Shown here piece after piece: positions 32,566 through 45,546 of a DNA stretch of 64,000 nucleotides. The stretch comes from the human T2T-CHM13v2.0 reference genome, Homo sapiens: NCBI RefSeq assembly GCF_009914755.1, contig NC_060926.1, one strand, 5' to 3'. The position numbers and the translations under genes were made by a program. Numbering within the stretch: position 1 is the first letter of the stretch; each line of letters starts with the position of its first letter. Below the pieces are notes generated by a model, which ran no database searches, had not been told where the DNA came from, and saw nothing but the letters and a program-made list of their open reading frames with translations.

Positions 32566-33284
32566 TGAAAATGAAGCTAGGCCAGGTTACTATTAGAATA
32601 TCTAAGAAGGGTGATGTTCTACAGAGTATTTTTTACCTTCTAAGTTAGAAACAGAAAACAGAGTCTTGAGGACATCACTAGGAGACTGGTAGCTTTCTCT
32701 TGGTTTTGCTTTTGCTGCTCTTTCTAGGTTCTCCTCATTTGGCCCATTTCTAAAATACAGGATCCTGCTGCTGAATGACTCCCCTGGGAAGTGATGATCT
32801 CCATCCTCTTCCTCCTCTTGCTCCCCCTCTTCCCTCCTCCTCTTCCCTAGACCTCAGCTAAAAATTCAACGCTATGCCAGGGTAAGAGAGGATCTTTGTG
32901 TTTTATAGTTGAGGAAACTGAGGCCCAGAGTGGGGAAAGAGGCAAGAGACCTCTTGGGCATTCTAGGTGTGTACTGATAGATCCAAAATGAATTTGTAGA
33001 AATTGAGTTTTGGCATAGAAAGAAATAAGCATTTTCTGAGTCACAGCATCCTTATTCAGGAGGCAATGTCCTTGGTGCTATCCTGGTCCAGTTATGGTAC
33101 ATGGAGCCTGTACCATGTGAGGGATGTGGTGTGTGACTTATCTCCCAGGTTGGTCTTCCGTAAAATGGGGGTATTCGCTTGTCTACGTCACAGGACTCTC
33201 CCCAGTGGTAAGTGAGCTGGTGTATGGAAAAGGGCTATGATTGGACCTGGTGCATTAAGACACACCATTCATTCATTTCCAAAG

Positions 33285-33530
33285 GGTAGCAGACATGGTA
33301 GTTAGGATGTGGGTTCTGGAGCTACACCATCTGGGTTCTGATCCTAGCTCTGCACTTTATTAGCTGTGTGACCTTAGGTGAGTTATTTTACCTCTCTGGT
33401 CCTCAAATGTCTTGTCTATAAAATGAGGATAATAATCGCATCACCTCAGAGGGTCAATATGAGGATCAAATAAGTAAACCACCAAGAACAGTGCCTGGCA
33501 CATAAGTTCTCAATAAATGTTAGCTGCTAT
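33285..33530 (+). mobile_element. MIR, near full length
   Basis: 'tagctgtgtgaccttaggtgagtt...tataaaatgaggataataa...gaacagtgcctggcacata...caataaatgttagct'. Confidence 0.85.
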
Positions 33531-33834
33531 GATAAACATTATTATGGACAAACCATGAGTGTTATTATTATAATTGTTGTTCCATCTTCCAGAGTCTCAG
33601 GGGCTGTAAGTGATGATGAAGGCAGATTCCTAAAGAAAGTTAGGATTGATGAAAAATCCCCCCAGCTCACCATTAATGGGGATGTCCAGGGAGATACTGA
33701 ACAATTATTTTTTCTGAGATGTTAACAAGAGGACTCTTGCATGAAAGGATAACTTAGACCTAATTTCCCCTTCAAAGACTCTGTGTTTCAAAAATAACAC
33801 TGAATTTTTCGGGTACTTAAACAAATGGGTAAGG

Positions 33835-34112
33835 GGCTGGGCACAGTGGCTCATGCCTATAATCCCAATGCTTGGGGCCAGGAGTTTGAGACCAGCTTGG
33901 GCAACATAGCAAGACCCTCATCTCTACAAAAAGTTAAAAAAAGAATTAACTGGGCATGGTGTTATGTGCCTGTAGTCCTAGCTACTCAGGAGGCTGGGGT
34001 GTGAGGATCACTTGAGCCTAGGAATTTGAGGTTACTGTGAGCTATGATTGTATCACTGCACTCCAGCCTAGGCTATAGCGTGAGACCCTAGCTCTAATAT
34101 ATATATATAATA
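33835..34112 (+). mobile_element. AluJo-like with internal deletion in the left arm
   Basis: 'gcaacatagcaagaccc', 'gagctatgattg'; (TA) tail. Confidence 0.9.
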
Positions 34113-35895
34113 AAAAGGGCAAGAAGGCATTGCATCTTCTTTTAAAGAAGTTGATCTTTATCTTCTCCCACTTGGTCATTCAATGCTTTCAGAATACCTT
34201 CTATGTGACAGACACTATATAGGCACTTGGGACCAGAGTTAGATGAGATGCAACTTTTGCCCTCAAGAGAGACAGACATACAAGCCTATGTTTTTAGGAT
34301 ATGATATTGGGTACAACGAACCTATCAGGTGCAGTGTGGGCAAAGGGGGTTCTGTGACTACTTCTGGGGAATTCTGACTGAGAAGTCTTCCAAGAAAGAA
34401 AACCACTAGTCCTGGGTTCCAAAAGAGAAGTGGGAGTGCCTCAGGCAGGTAAGAGGAGAAGGACATTCCCAGAGGAGGAAACACCATCTTCTCTCTTCCT
34501 CCCTGATGGCATTGTAAGACTGAGACCATGATGGCAGTTTAAGTGCTTTGCAAAATAGCAGATGAGAAGGGTTATCGACAAGCCAACAAGTGTGCCTCTG
34601 ACTTTGCAAGAAGCTGCTGGCCCTGGTTTTGGGAGCAACCAGCATGTCTGAGGTCTGCTGTTAATGATCTCAAAGCTGAGGGTTTATGCCTAATATCAGA
34701 CATCCCCTCCCTGAGGGGATACCAGTCAAGATGATCCCTGTGTTTCTGAAATGTAGAGGAAATAAGCCTCATTTCCATCTTTACCTCGTTTTTTATAAAT
34801 GTCAAGAAAGGCCCAACATTGCTCACATCCCCACCGCCAACTCAGGTCCATTCAAATCAAAAGAGGAGATCAAATCCCCCACCTTGAAAACCTTCTGGAA
34901 TCCAATAGCCTCTGCCCTCCTTGCATCATTGCATCCATCCCCACATCACAGTCAAGTCAGGTGTGAGTTTCAGTTAACCTGGGACAAGGTATTGAAGGCT
35001 GAGTGCCTGCCAATTACCTCCATAGAGGCAGAGCCCAGGACCAGAGAAAAGAAACAGCCATCATGTCAGGCATGTGTGATTATAGGAGAAAGGAGGAATT
35101 CAGGTGGGAGAATTATGGGGAGGGGAGGAGAAAGCAGAGCCTTAGGGATTATGTGTCCCAATGGCCTTTGTAGGAGGCTGGCTGATCCTGCTTCCTCTGA
35201 TCTGGTGACCACAGGAGCTGTGCCAGCAAGGCTCAGGACCACAGATGGCTCCAGCCTGGTGCAGTAGAAAAAGCAGAGTATTTGAAATCACCAAGACCTG
35301 AGCTACAGTCACAGCAGGGGCTCTAGTCAGCTGCATGACTGTTCACAGATGACTTATATAAATCTTAATTTCTTTACTGGTAAAATGAGGCTAATAAAAT
35401 TTACCTCCAAAGGTAGTGGGGATTAAACAATATAATGAAAGTAAAGATGCAGGCACAGTATTGGCTACAGAGACATAGCAGGTGGTAATCAGTAGTTGTT
35501 CAGGCATCAAGGGACAGACATTTATTGAACACCTAGCAAGAGTCTTACCTGTTGGACTGACTGCCCCTGATCATCATTGTCCAAACTTATGTCATTCACT
35601 CACTTGATAAACATTTATTGAGATAAACTATATGTCAAGCACTGAAATATGCTCTGAGGCTGCAGACTTGTAGATAATAGGTGTCTTTGTGGAGCTCACA
35701 CACTATATCCATGAAGATTCTTTTTGCAGCCTCGTCTATAAAATTGAAACGTTGGAAATAACCTGGAGGCCCAACAATAAGGGAATAGTAAAGTAGACGA
35801 TGGCTTGTCCACTCAAAGGAGTATTCATGTATGGCAACAATGACAATTGCTTATCATATATTAACTGAAATAAGCAGGAAAAGAAATTCTAAGTA

Positions 35896-38820
35896 CAATT
35901 AAGCTTTGTTATTCACAATAGTTATGTTTTATAAGTTTATTAGTCTGTTCTTACATTACTAACAAAGACATACCTGAGACTAAGTAACTTATAAAGGAAA
36001 GAGGTTTAATTGACTCACAGTTCTGCAGGGCTGGGAATGCCTCAGGAAACTTACAATCATGGCAGAGGGAGAAGCAAACACATCCTTCTTCACATGGCAG
36101 CAGGAAGGAGAAGAATGAGTGCCCAGCAAAGGGGGAAGCCCCTTATAAAAACATCAGCTCTTGTGAGAACTAACTCACTATCACAAGAACAAGATGGGGG
36201 AAACTGCCCCTATGATTTAATTATCTCCACCTGGTCCCTCCCAGGACATGTGGGGATTATGGGAACTATAATTAAGGTGAGATTGGGTGGGGAAACAGCC
36301 AAACCCTATCATTTTGCCCCTGGTCCCTCCCAAATATCTTGTCCTCATGATTCAAAACACAATTATCCCCTTCCAACCATCCCCCAAAGCTTACCTCATT
36401 CCAGCATTAACTCAAAAGTCCAAGCCCAAAGTCTCATCTGGGCCCTTCTTCCTGTGAGCCTGTAAAATCAAAAGCAAGTTAGTTACTTACTAGATACAAC
36501 GGGAGTACAGGCATTGGATAAATACACCCATTTCAAGTGGGAGAAATTGGCCCAAACAAAGGAGTTACAGGCCCCTTGCAAGTATGAAATCCAATAGTGC
36601 AGTCATTAAACCTAAAGTTCCAAAATGATCTCCTGGATGTCTCACATCCAGGTTATGCTGATGCAAGGGGTGAGCTCCCATGGCTTTGGGCAGCTCTGCC
36701 CCTGTGGCTTTGCAGGGTACATCCCCCCTCCCAGCTGCTTTCATGGGCTGGTGTTCAGTGCCTGTGGCTTTTTCAGGAGCATAGTGAAAGTTGTTGGTGG
36801 ATCTACCATTCTGGGGTCTGGAGGACTGTAGCTGTCTTCTCACAGCTCCACTAGGCAGTTGCTCTAATGGGGACTCTGTGGGGGCTATGACCCCACATTT
36901 TCCTTCTGCACTGCCCTACTAGCAGACGTTCTACATGAGGGCTCCGCCCCTGCAACAAACTTCTGCCCAGACATGAAAGGCAGTTCCATGCATCTTCTGA
37001 AATCTAGGTGGAGGTTCTGAAACCTCCATTCTTGACTTCTGTGTACCCACAGGCTCTACACCACATGTAAGCTACCAATGCTTGGGGCCTGCACCCTCTG
37101 AGTCAATGGCCTGTGCTGTATGTTGGCTCCTTTTAGCCATGGCTGGAGCTGAAGCAGCTGGGACTTAGGGCATCATGTCCCGAGGCTGCATAGAGCAATG
37201 GGGCCCTGGGCCTAGCCCAGAAAACCATTTTTTCCTCCTAGGCCTCCAGGCTTGTGATGGGAGGGGCTGCAGTGAAGATCTCTGACATGCCCTGGAGACA
37301 TTTTCCGCATTGTCTTAGTGATTAACATTTGGCTTCTCATTACTTATGCAAATTTCTGCAGCCAGCTTGAATTTCTCCCCAGAAAATGGATTTTTCTTTT
37401 CTGTCACATCATCAGGCTGCAAATTTTCCAAACTTCTATGCTCTGCTTCTTGAACACTTTTCCACTTAGAAATTTCTTCTGCCACATAGTCTAAATTCAA
37501 GTTCAAAGTTCCACAGATCTCTAGGGCAGGGGCAAAATGCAGCCAGTCCCTTTGCATAGCAAAAGTGACCTTTACTCCAGTTCCCAACAAGTTCCTCATC
37601 TCCGTCTGAGACCACCTCAGCCTGGACGTCATTGTTCATATCACTATCAGCATTTTGGTCAAAGCCATTCAAGTCTCTAGGAAGTTCTAAACTTTCCTGC
37701 ATCTTCCTGTCTTCTGAGCCCTCCAAGTCTCTAGAGAGTTCCAGACTTTCCCACATTTTCCTGTCTTCTGAGCCCTCCAAATTGTTCCAACTTCAGCCCG
37801 TTATCCACATTTTTAGGTATCTTTACAGCAGTGCCCCATTCTGAGTACCAATTTACTGTATTAGTCTGTTTTCATTCTGCTAATAAAGGCATACCCTAGA
37901 CTGGGTAATTTATAAAGAAAAGAGGTTTAATTGACTTACAGTTCTGCAGGGCTGGGGAGGCCTCAAGAAATGTACAATTATGGCAGAAGGGGAAGCAAAC
38001 ATGTTCTTCTTCACATGTCAGCAGGAAGGAGAAGAATGAGTGCCCAGTGAAGGAGGAAGCCCCTTATTAAACCATCAGATCTCATGAGAACTAACACACT
38101 ATCACGAGAACAGGATGGGATAAACTGCACCCATGATTCAATTATCTCCACCTTGTCCCTCCCACAACACATGGGGATTATGGGACCTACAATTCAAGAT
38201 GAGATTCAGTGGGGACACAGCCAAACCATATCGCCATGAACACTGAATTAGTGAATGCTGAACCATTGCCTCCAGGAGGAACACAGAGTCCTGAGAGCCT
38301 CTGGTTATAATGTTTTGTTAGTTGATTAATTCATGACTTTATTTTATGCAGGCTTCTATCCAAAGACAGAATCTTGTTGATTCACTAAAATGAAACTCAT
38401 GGCCAATAGCCCTTGAAGTCATGTTGAAATGAAGCTCATCTAACACATATTCTCTCTGTAAGGCACATCCCAGCCTCCTTGCACTCAGAAACACTAGACA
38501 ACACTTCAGCACTATGCTTAGGAGCCATTTAAAACAGACAGATTTCCAAAAGAAAGCACAAAAATGCAAAAAACGTGGGCACTAAATAGTCTGTGAAAGG
38601 GATGCTCATTTACAGTATGTGAGCTGAAACAAGGAGGCAGAACTTGTCCTGTTCAAACTCTGCTGGGAACATATGTGTGGAACTACTCAAAATTTCCGCC
38701 ACTTTGTGCATGTCTGTGGACGACCAAGAAGTGCCACAAGTATTGATTTTGGAGTTACAAATACATTTTAGCAAGTAGGTGAATTCACAAGTATGGAATC
38801 CACAGATAGTGAGGGTGTAC
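35896..38820 (+). mobile_element. MER82-like Tigger MITE split by the THE1 insertion (35896-35935 and ~38232-38820)
   Basis: 'ttattcacaatagttatgttttataag | gccatgaacactgaattagtgaatgctgaacc...gaattcacaagtatggaatccacag' is colinear with the recalled MER82 consensus. Confidence 0.75.
35936..38233 (-). mobile_element. Full-length THE1 (THE1C/D-like) MaLR element: LTR 35936-36311, internal 36312-37856, LTR 37857-38233
   Basis: Two ~376-bp direct-repeat LTRs ('tattagtctgtt...cagccaaacc.tatc'); internal region has degraded MaLR ORF remnants (EGSEDRKMWESLEL, FCPCPRDLWNFEL). Confidence 0.93.
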
Positions 38821-39152
38821 ATGTGGATAAAGCTTGGAAACGTTGTAGAAGAAAATTAAAACGTTGGTCACAGGATTACTATTGATGCTTCTCTGTTTTA
38901 AAATTTTCATTAATGTCAAATTTTTTCCTTTGTTTAACAATAAATAACACTTTAGGGAAAACAAACAAAGCCTCCATCTGGCTCTTACACCCTCCTTCTC
39001 TGCCACCTTGTTCTCATGACATGGGCTTAGAAATGGAGGCGATGAAGCTTCAGGGTTAGGGGTTCCCAGCCTGGGCTCCTCCATGCCAAGGCTTCTGGAA
39101 TGATCATTGACAGTTAAACATTTTGCCCCAAGGTAGCTAAAATCATGCCTTA

Positions 39153-39452
39153 GGCTGGGCGCAGTGGCTCACACCTATAATCCTAGCACTTTGGGAGGCT
39201 GAGACAGGCAGATTGCCTGAGCTCAGGAGTTTGAGACCAGCCTGGGCAACATGTTGAAACCCTGTCTCTACTAAAATACAAAAAATTAGCTGGATGTGGT
39301 GGTGTGCACCTGTAGTCCCAGCTACTCAGAAGGCTGAGGCAGGAGAATTGCTTGAACTTAAGAGGCAGAAGTTGCAGTCAGCCAAGATTGTGCCACTGCA
39401 CTCCAGCCTGGGAAACAGAGAGAGACTTCATCTAAAAAAAAAAAAAAAAAAG
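39153..39452 (+). mobile_element. Alu (AluS-type)
   Basis: Full dimer with A tail. Confidence 0.95.
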
Positions 39453-40039
39453 CCTTTACTCAGCCTCACCGGGGCACAAAGCACTGACCAGTTTTTCTCT
39501 GGTTGTAATCATGTCCTCACCATGTGGCAGCTCCAGTGACCTCAACTCCATCAGAAGCTTTCATGCAATTTCCTGTGTTTTGATGACAGAAAATTTGGAA
39601 AACAAGTTAGTGTAGTTTGTTTAATAGAGTCTCCCCAAAACTGGGCTCTTTGGAGAAAAGATTTTTTTTTTAAAGGAGTGCTTGTGATGGAAATATTAAG
39701 AGCTGTTGCTCTAAATTATGTGAAAGGCACCCCTTTGGGTTCCTTTTCAAAGGTATTTGGCAGGAAAGCAGCTCAGCCATTGACGGGACCTAGATGCCCT
39801 ATTGGATCATTCTATGGGGCTATTTGAAGAAGATATAGAAACTTCTTCATCAATACTTGCCGAAGCTAGGAGTATTGTCCTAATTTCTAACTATGGGGAC
39901 AGGAAATTCCAGGCCACAAAGGTTGCTCACATTTTTACCTGATTTGCCTCCAGATTTGAAGTTATGTGAATGGCTTGTTTGTCTAACTCAGCTCTGCTCA
40001 AATCAATCTTTCACGGGTCCCCCCAGTAAAGATCACCTT

Positions 40040-40059
40040 GGGTCAAAGGTTATAGGTCA
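40040..40059 (+). promoter_or_regulatory. Triple nuclear-receptor half-site array (DR1+DR1)
   Basis: GGGTCA-A-AGGTTA-T-AGGTCA. Confidence 0.5.
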
Positions 40060-42179
40060 TCATGGTTCTTAAATACCTACCCACTTTGTAGGAGTTCCAA
40101 AGTGGACAATTACTCAGAAATTAGGAATAAAAGCATATATTTCAAAAGACTAATTGGGAAAAATGGGTATGGCATGTGCAGTAATGTTTCAAATGTTGTC
40201 TTTATGGCTATCCCAATTAATTTCCAGTGTTTCTCCAACCTGACTTTTAAAAAGATAGAATACAATAGAAAGCAACCTGCTATTGATGTGCAGAGTTGCC
40301 TGTGTCACATCTGCTGTACAATGACTTGACCATTAGGATATTCATCCTTTTTATGTGCCTGGGTGCGCTCATGCCAGCACATTCTTAAATGTATGTGAGT
40401 CCAGACACATACATGCAAAGTTGTGATCAAAAGATTTCCCTAAAGTAATTAATTCAGGGCTACTGCTGAGAAACAAGGCAAAACTTGGAGGGGCTTTCCA
40501 AAAATATCATAGTTTTGCCGTTCAGTAGTGCTGACTTCTTGTGGTGCAAATCTATTAATTTTGATGTAATAAAAAAAGTGTTCATAGAAACAAGCAAGAA
40601 ATAAATAGGGACATTAAGATTATATGGAAAGGTGGAAACTGGAAGGTGAGCTAAGAATTGTCCAGATGACAGGCAAAGGCAGTGGAGGCAACGTGGATGA
40701 CGCAGGTTGGTTAAATTCATGTGTATTTTAAAAGGGTGACTGTCCATTATGCACACAACTCACAGGCTCTGCTTCCTGGAGAGCCAGGCCGTTGCTTTTT
40801 TGATGAAAGAAAATCATTTCAACATGCGGAAGGAGAGGGCTTTTTGACTATAGCTTCTTCGAAGTGTGACCTCCAAATGGTCACATATCAAGGTGCCTCG
40901 TATTTACCTTCATGCCGGGCTTTCAAATCAACAGTTGGAGACTTTCAACATTTCTATTGTGCGGTTTTAGCGCACGGATTAAAAAGAAATCCATCTGTTA
41001 ATATTTGTTTTTCTTGTCCTTCGTTAACCAAAGATTCTTAGGAACTTTCCAATTTGAAGGAACAACTTTTATTCATCATCTTGGTTAGAAGCAGCTTCTG
41101 CAGCTTGGGCCTTCCTCTTAGAGGGGAGCACATCTTAAATAAGGAAGGACTTGGTGAGTGATACTAGCCCTTCTCTAGCAGAGCGAGATGCCAAAAGGTA
41201 CAGGCCTGGTTCTAAGGTGCTGAATGAACTAACTGCAAATGGTTGTTGATTCTGTTTGCTTGTTGGAGCGCCTACTGTGCGCTGGACAGGGAGCTGGACA
41301 CCTGGTAAATCTTCTATAGTCTTTATAACAATGTTGCAAAGTGAGCATTATCAATATCCCTGCTTAAATGAGACAGCGTGGAGAGGTTAAGGAATTTACC
41401 TAGAGCCACTCAGCTAAGTAGTTGAGCTGGGATTCAAGCCACATGTGTCTGTCTTTGTGGCCTCTATTGGGTCACACTTCCCAGAAGCCCTGAAATCACC
41501 AGGGAAAAGATGGCGTCTCCGAGAGCCCACCGAGGGGGATGGGGGACTTAGGCTCATCTCGCCAGGGTGGGGGAGGTAGAGGGAGCAGCCAGATGCTCCA
41601 GCCATCTCAGGTCAAATGAAGCCTGATCCTTTCTCAGCTTGATTTGACCTAGAACTGGGAAACAGATGGGTCCAAGCAGCCCCAGGGTCTGAGGACGGCT
41701 GGGCAGACACATGCGTCCTGGCTGCAATCGCTCTCGTTCTGAGGGCCCAGGGCTGGGGGCTGCCCTGGGACCCAAGCTCCAGTGTGGGTCTTTTGACTTA
41801 TAAAACCTTAGCTAGGAATTCCTCTGTCAGGCTAGAGGGCTCGTCCTTTCTGAGGGCAGTAGACCCAGGGAGGCCCAGAGCAAATCCAGGGAGATAAGGC
41901 AGATGTCAACAGATGCATTGTAAACAACGTGGTGTGGATACTGGAAGAGATAGCGGAGGAGATAAACAGGAATCTAGGAAAGGTGCCCCATGGACTTGAG
42001 GCTAACTCAACCCCAAAGAGCTGTCCTTTTGCAATGCTGGGCCATGAAGCTGTTTAGAAACACCCTCTAACTGTATGAGCATGGGACCTGGCTCACAGAT
42101 TTTTACTACATGTGTGTTAAGTGAATGAACTAATGAATAGAGACCTAGGCATTATTCATTCACTACTCATTTACTGATG

Positions 42180-42290
42180 TGAGGACAAACAGTTCCAGTT
42201 TGTCTAGGACTAAGGGGTGTCCCGGGATGTGGGACTTTCAGTGCTAAGACAAGGAATGTCCTGGGCAAACCAGGACTAGTTGGTCTCTGT
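42180..42290. mobile_element. MER94/MER81-like hAT-Blackjack MITE
   Basis: 'ccagtttgtctaggactaaggggtgtcccgggatgtgggactttcagtgctaa...ctgggcaaaccagg'. Confidence 0.7.
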
Positions 42291-42441
42291 AGTTACTGAG
42301 GATCTATGATGGACTGGACCCTGGGCCCCCACTGGGCATATGGAGGTAAGTCAGACTCAGTTCTCACTCTCAAGAAGTGCACAGCATGGTTGCAACAGGA
42401 AGATAGAAGGAAGAGTGGCAAGTGTCATGATAGGGCCATGA

Positions 42442-42659
<218 letters not shown>

Positions 42660-43199
42660 GCGATGGCTTTTAAGAGGAGGAGTAAACACTGGCTTGAGTC
42701 TCATGGGAGAGGAACTCACCAGATCCCTACAAGAAGCTTGGAAAGGGCCTTGAGGTTAAGAGACAGCTGGGACTAAGGCCTAGAGGCTCACACAACAATG
42801 GTTTGGTTCAAGAAACAGTAGGCAGCATATGTGCGTGTTGGAGGGGTGGGATTGGGAGCATGTGGAGGTTGTAGGGTTGGAGAGGTATTTGAGGGTCCAG
42901 TTACAAGTGGTAAGCTATGCTAAGAAAGATTAAATTGATAATATAGGCAATAGGGAGCTGTTGAAGGTTTTCTGAGCATGGAGAGATAGAATCAGATATT
43001 ACAAAACATTTCATTCATTCAACACATGTTTACTAAGCATCTATTATGTGCCATACATTGTGCTGGAGGAATGAATGAATAAATGCATGCATGCATGGCT
43101 ATCACTTAATTTTCCAATCACAGTGAGGATCCTTGAAATCCAGGGACCAGCTGATGTGACTTGTGGGCCTATGATCTCTGTCAGAAAATCATTCTGCAA

Positions 43200-44260
43200 T
43201 GAGCAAATCTAAGACAGCCAGCATTGGCTCCCGCCACCGCCCCCTTATCTGTTTTTCTTTTTGCAAAAGACCTTGAGGCCTGTAGTCGGTTCCACTACAA
43301 AACGGTTACACAATTTCCCTGGGAGAAGGCGAGTTTCCACCTTTGGGGATGAATGAGCCCTTTCTTTTCTGGAGAGCCGGCCAATGAGGCACAGGCTGGG
43401 TACTGCAGGAGGCGCGGCTGAGGGAACAGCAGGCCTCGGTCTAATTTGGGGGTAACTATTTGTTTTTTCATTAAACAAAGTCTGCATGGTAGGAATTGTG
43501 GTTGCAGGAGCCTCGGGAGGCCGATAAAGCAGGCAGGGCGAGTCTGCCGGGAGCAGCGGGCGAGGGAGCTGCTCTCTGATTCTGCTGCTGCCCAAAGCTT
43601 CCACTTTTCTGGGGCTGCAGGTCCTATAAATGGTGCCTTTGAGGAGGCTGCCCTGGTGACAGCAGGACCCTCCCTGCAGCACCCACTCGGCCACTGACTT
43701 CTGAAAGCGGGATTGTCCCTCCCCAAGCCCTGCCCTCCTGCGACATTCCTCATGCTGACCATTGTCTGCAGAAAGAGGCCATTGTCTGGGGCTGACATAT
43801 CTGCTGACCAGGCACATGAAACAAGCAGAGCTTTGGGGAGGAAGAAATCCACCCAAACCAACAAAAAACCTGAGCCTAGCCTGAGGGCAGGGCTTAGACC
43901 CAGCTTGCTGAATTTCCTGATTCACTGGTGTTCTTCCCGAGACGAAGTGCCCACCATTGTGGGAGGATCCGAGTTTTATCTCTGGGCTGGAATGACACCG
44001 TCTCTGCCTTTGTGTCAACAGCACTGAGAGGCCTTGTTTAGGATGATGTGGCCAGTGCTGAGAAGGGCTTGTTTGAAGAGAAAAAAGAAAAAAACAGAAC
44101 AATGTTTATCCAGCAGGCAGCTCCTGCCAAGGCGGCCTCCTCGCTGTCCTCTCCGTAGGATGCTGCTCGCCAGGCCTTCTTGGCTGTTCCTCGGCCTTGG
44201 GTGCAGGCCGTGGGTGGGGGGACAGCCAGCTGGTAGACACCGGTATTCGATGTCAGCTCT
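43200..44260. promoter_or_regulatory. CpG-enriched promoter/enhancer-like block
   Basis: ATTGG, GC-box CCGCCCCC, CCAAT, TATAAA (43625), TGTGGTT, GATAAA, CATTGT; repeat-free. Confidence 0.45.
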
Positions 44261-44542
44261 TACAACAGGGAGGTGGGTAAACAGGCTGCTGTCCCCACCT
44301 CTCCCAGGCACCCCCTGTGGCCTTGACTGCCCAGCCCTCCCCCTAACATCTTCCCCACCCACAACTAAGTTAACTCACACCAGGGGCAGCAGAGCCTTCA
44401 GACCTGTGGCCGCTACATCCATTCTGGGCACTTGGTGCCCCCACATGTACCCTTCCCTTCGGATTTGGAATATCACCGCTGCATGCAGGCACATTGCTGA
44501 GGCCAGCTGAATTGCCTTTGGGCATTAAGCCTCAGAGAGCCT

Positions 44543-44890
44543 CGCTACTCAAATGGTGGTCCCAGGACCAGCAGCAGCGGTGTTACCAGGGGCTAGTTAG
44601 AAATGAAGATTCTCAGGCCCATCTTGCTGTGTCAGAATCTGCATTTTAACAAGATTGCCTGCATCTATTTGCACATTAAGTTTGAGAAGCACTGGTCTAC
44701 ATCAGTGGTTCTCAAACAAGGCAGCCTATTGGAATCACCTGGGGAGCTTTTAAGAGTCTCAAAGACCAGGCAGCCTCTCCGGCCAATTATATGAGGATCT
44801 CTGGGGTGGGGGCGGTGGGGAGTGACACTGGAACATCAGTGTTTTCTCACACTTTCCAAATGACTTCAATGTGTCTCCAGGTTTGAGGCA
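44543..44890. mobile_element. Two adjacent MER5 (MER5A/B-like) hAT-Charlie MITEs
   Basis: 'ctactcaaatggtggtccc...cagaatctgcattttaacaagat...tttgagaagcactg', then 'cagtggttctcaaac...aatcacctggggagctttt'. Confidence 0.8.
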
Positions 44891-45224
44891 GAGGAGCTAG
44901 GATGGGGCCCTCTTTCCCCAGTCCTTGGACTGGGTTTCCGTCAGTCACGATATTCTCACTTAGTACAACTCAGCAACTTTTCCTGAGAATTTTCTATGTG
45001 CCAGGAACCACAACAATTGCTGAGGTTTTATCAATGATGTTGGTACGTGTTCACTTCTGCAATGTCTTTCTGGCCCAAAGAACTCCTAGTCATCCTTCAA
45101 AGCCCAGTTTAGAAACCTCCTTCTCTGTGATGTGTTTTTTGACCTCTTGAAATGGGGAAAATGCTTCTTCCTTTTAACTCACATTGTCCTCTGCATTTTT
45201 CTATTATTGAATTTGTCATGCTGA

Positions 45225-45546
<322 letters not shown>

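Noticed and set aside
34686-35267. 193-aa plus-strand ATG ORF
   Set aside because: No recognisable homology or motif, and no supporting promoter or splice context.
36010-37844. ORFs in the THE1 element, including a duplicated EGSEDRKM motif
   Set aside because: Fragmented MaLR internal-ORF remnants with frameshifts and stops. As I recall, the 54-bp internal duplication is a family feature rather than locus-specific.
43245-44102. Longest ORF (285 aa, minus strand) and overlapping ORFs
   Set aside because: Non-ATG start and no recognisable domain. Several frames are open at once, as expected for GC-rich regulatory DNA.
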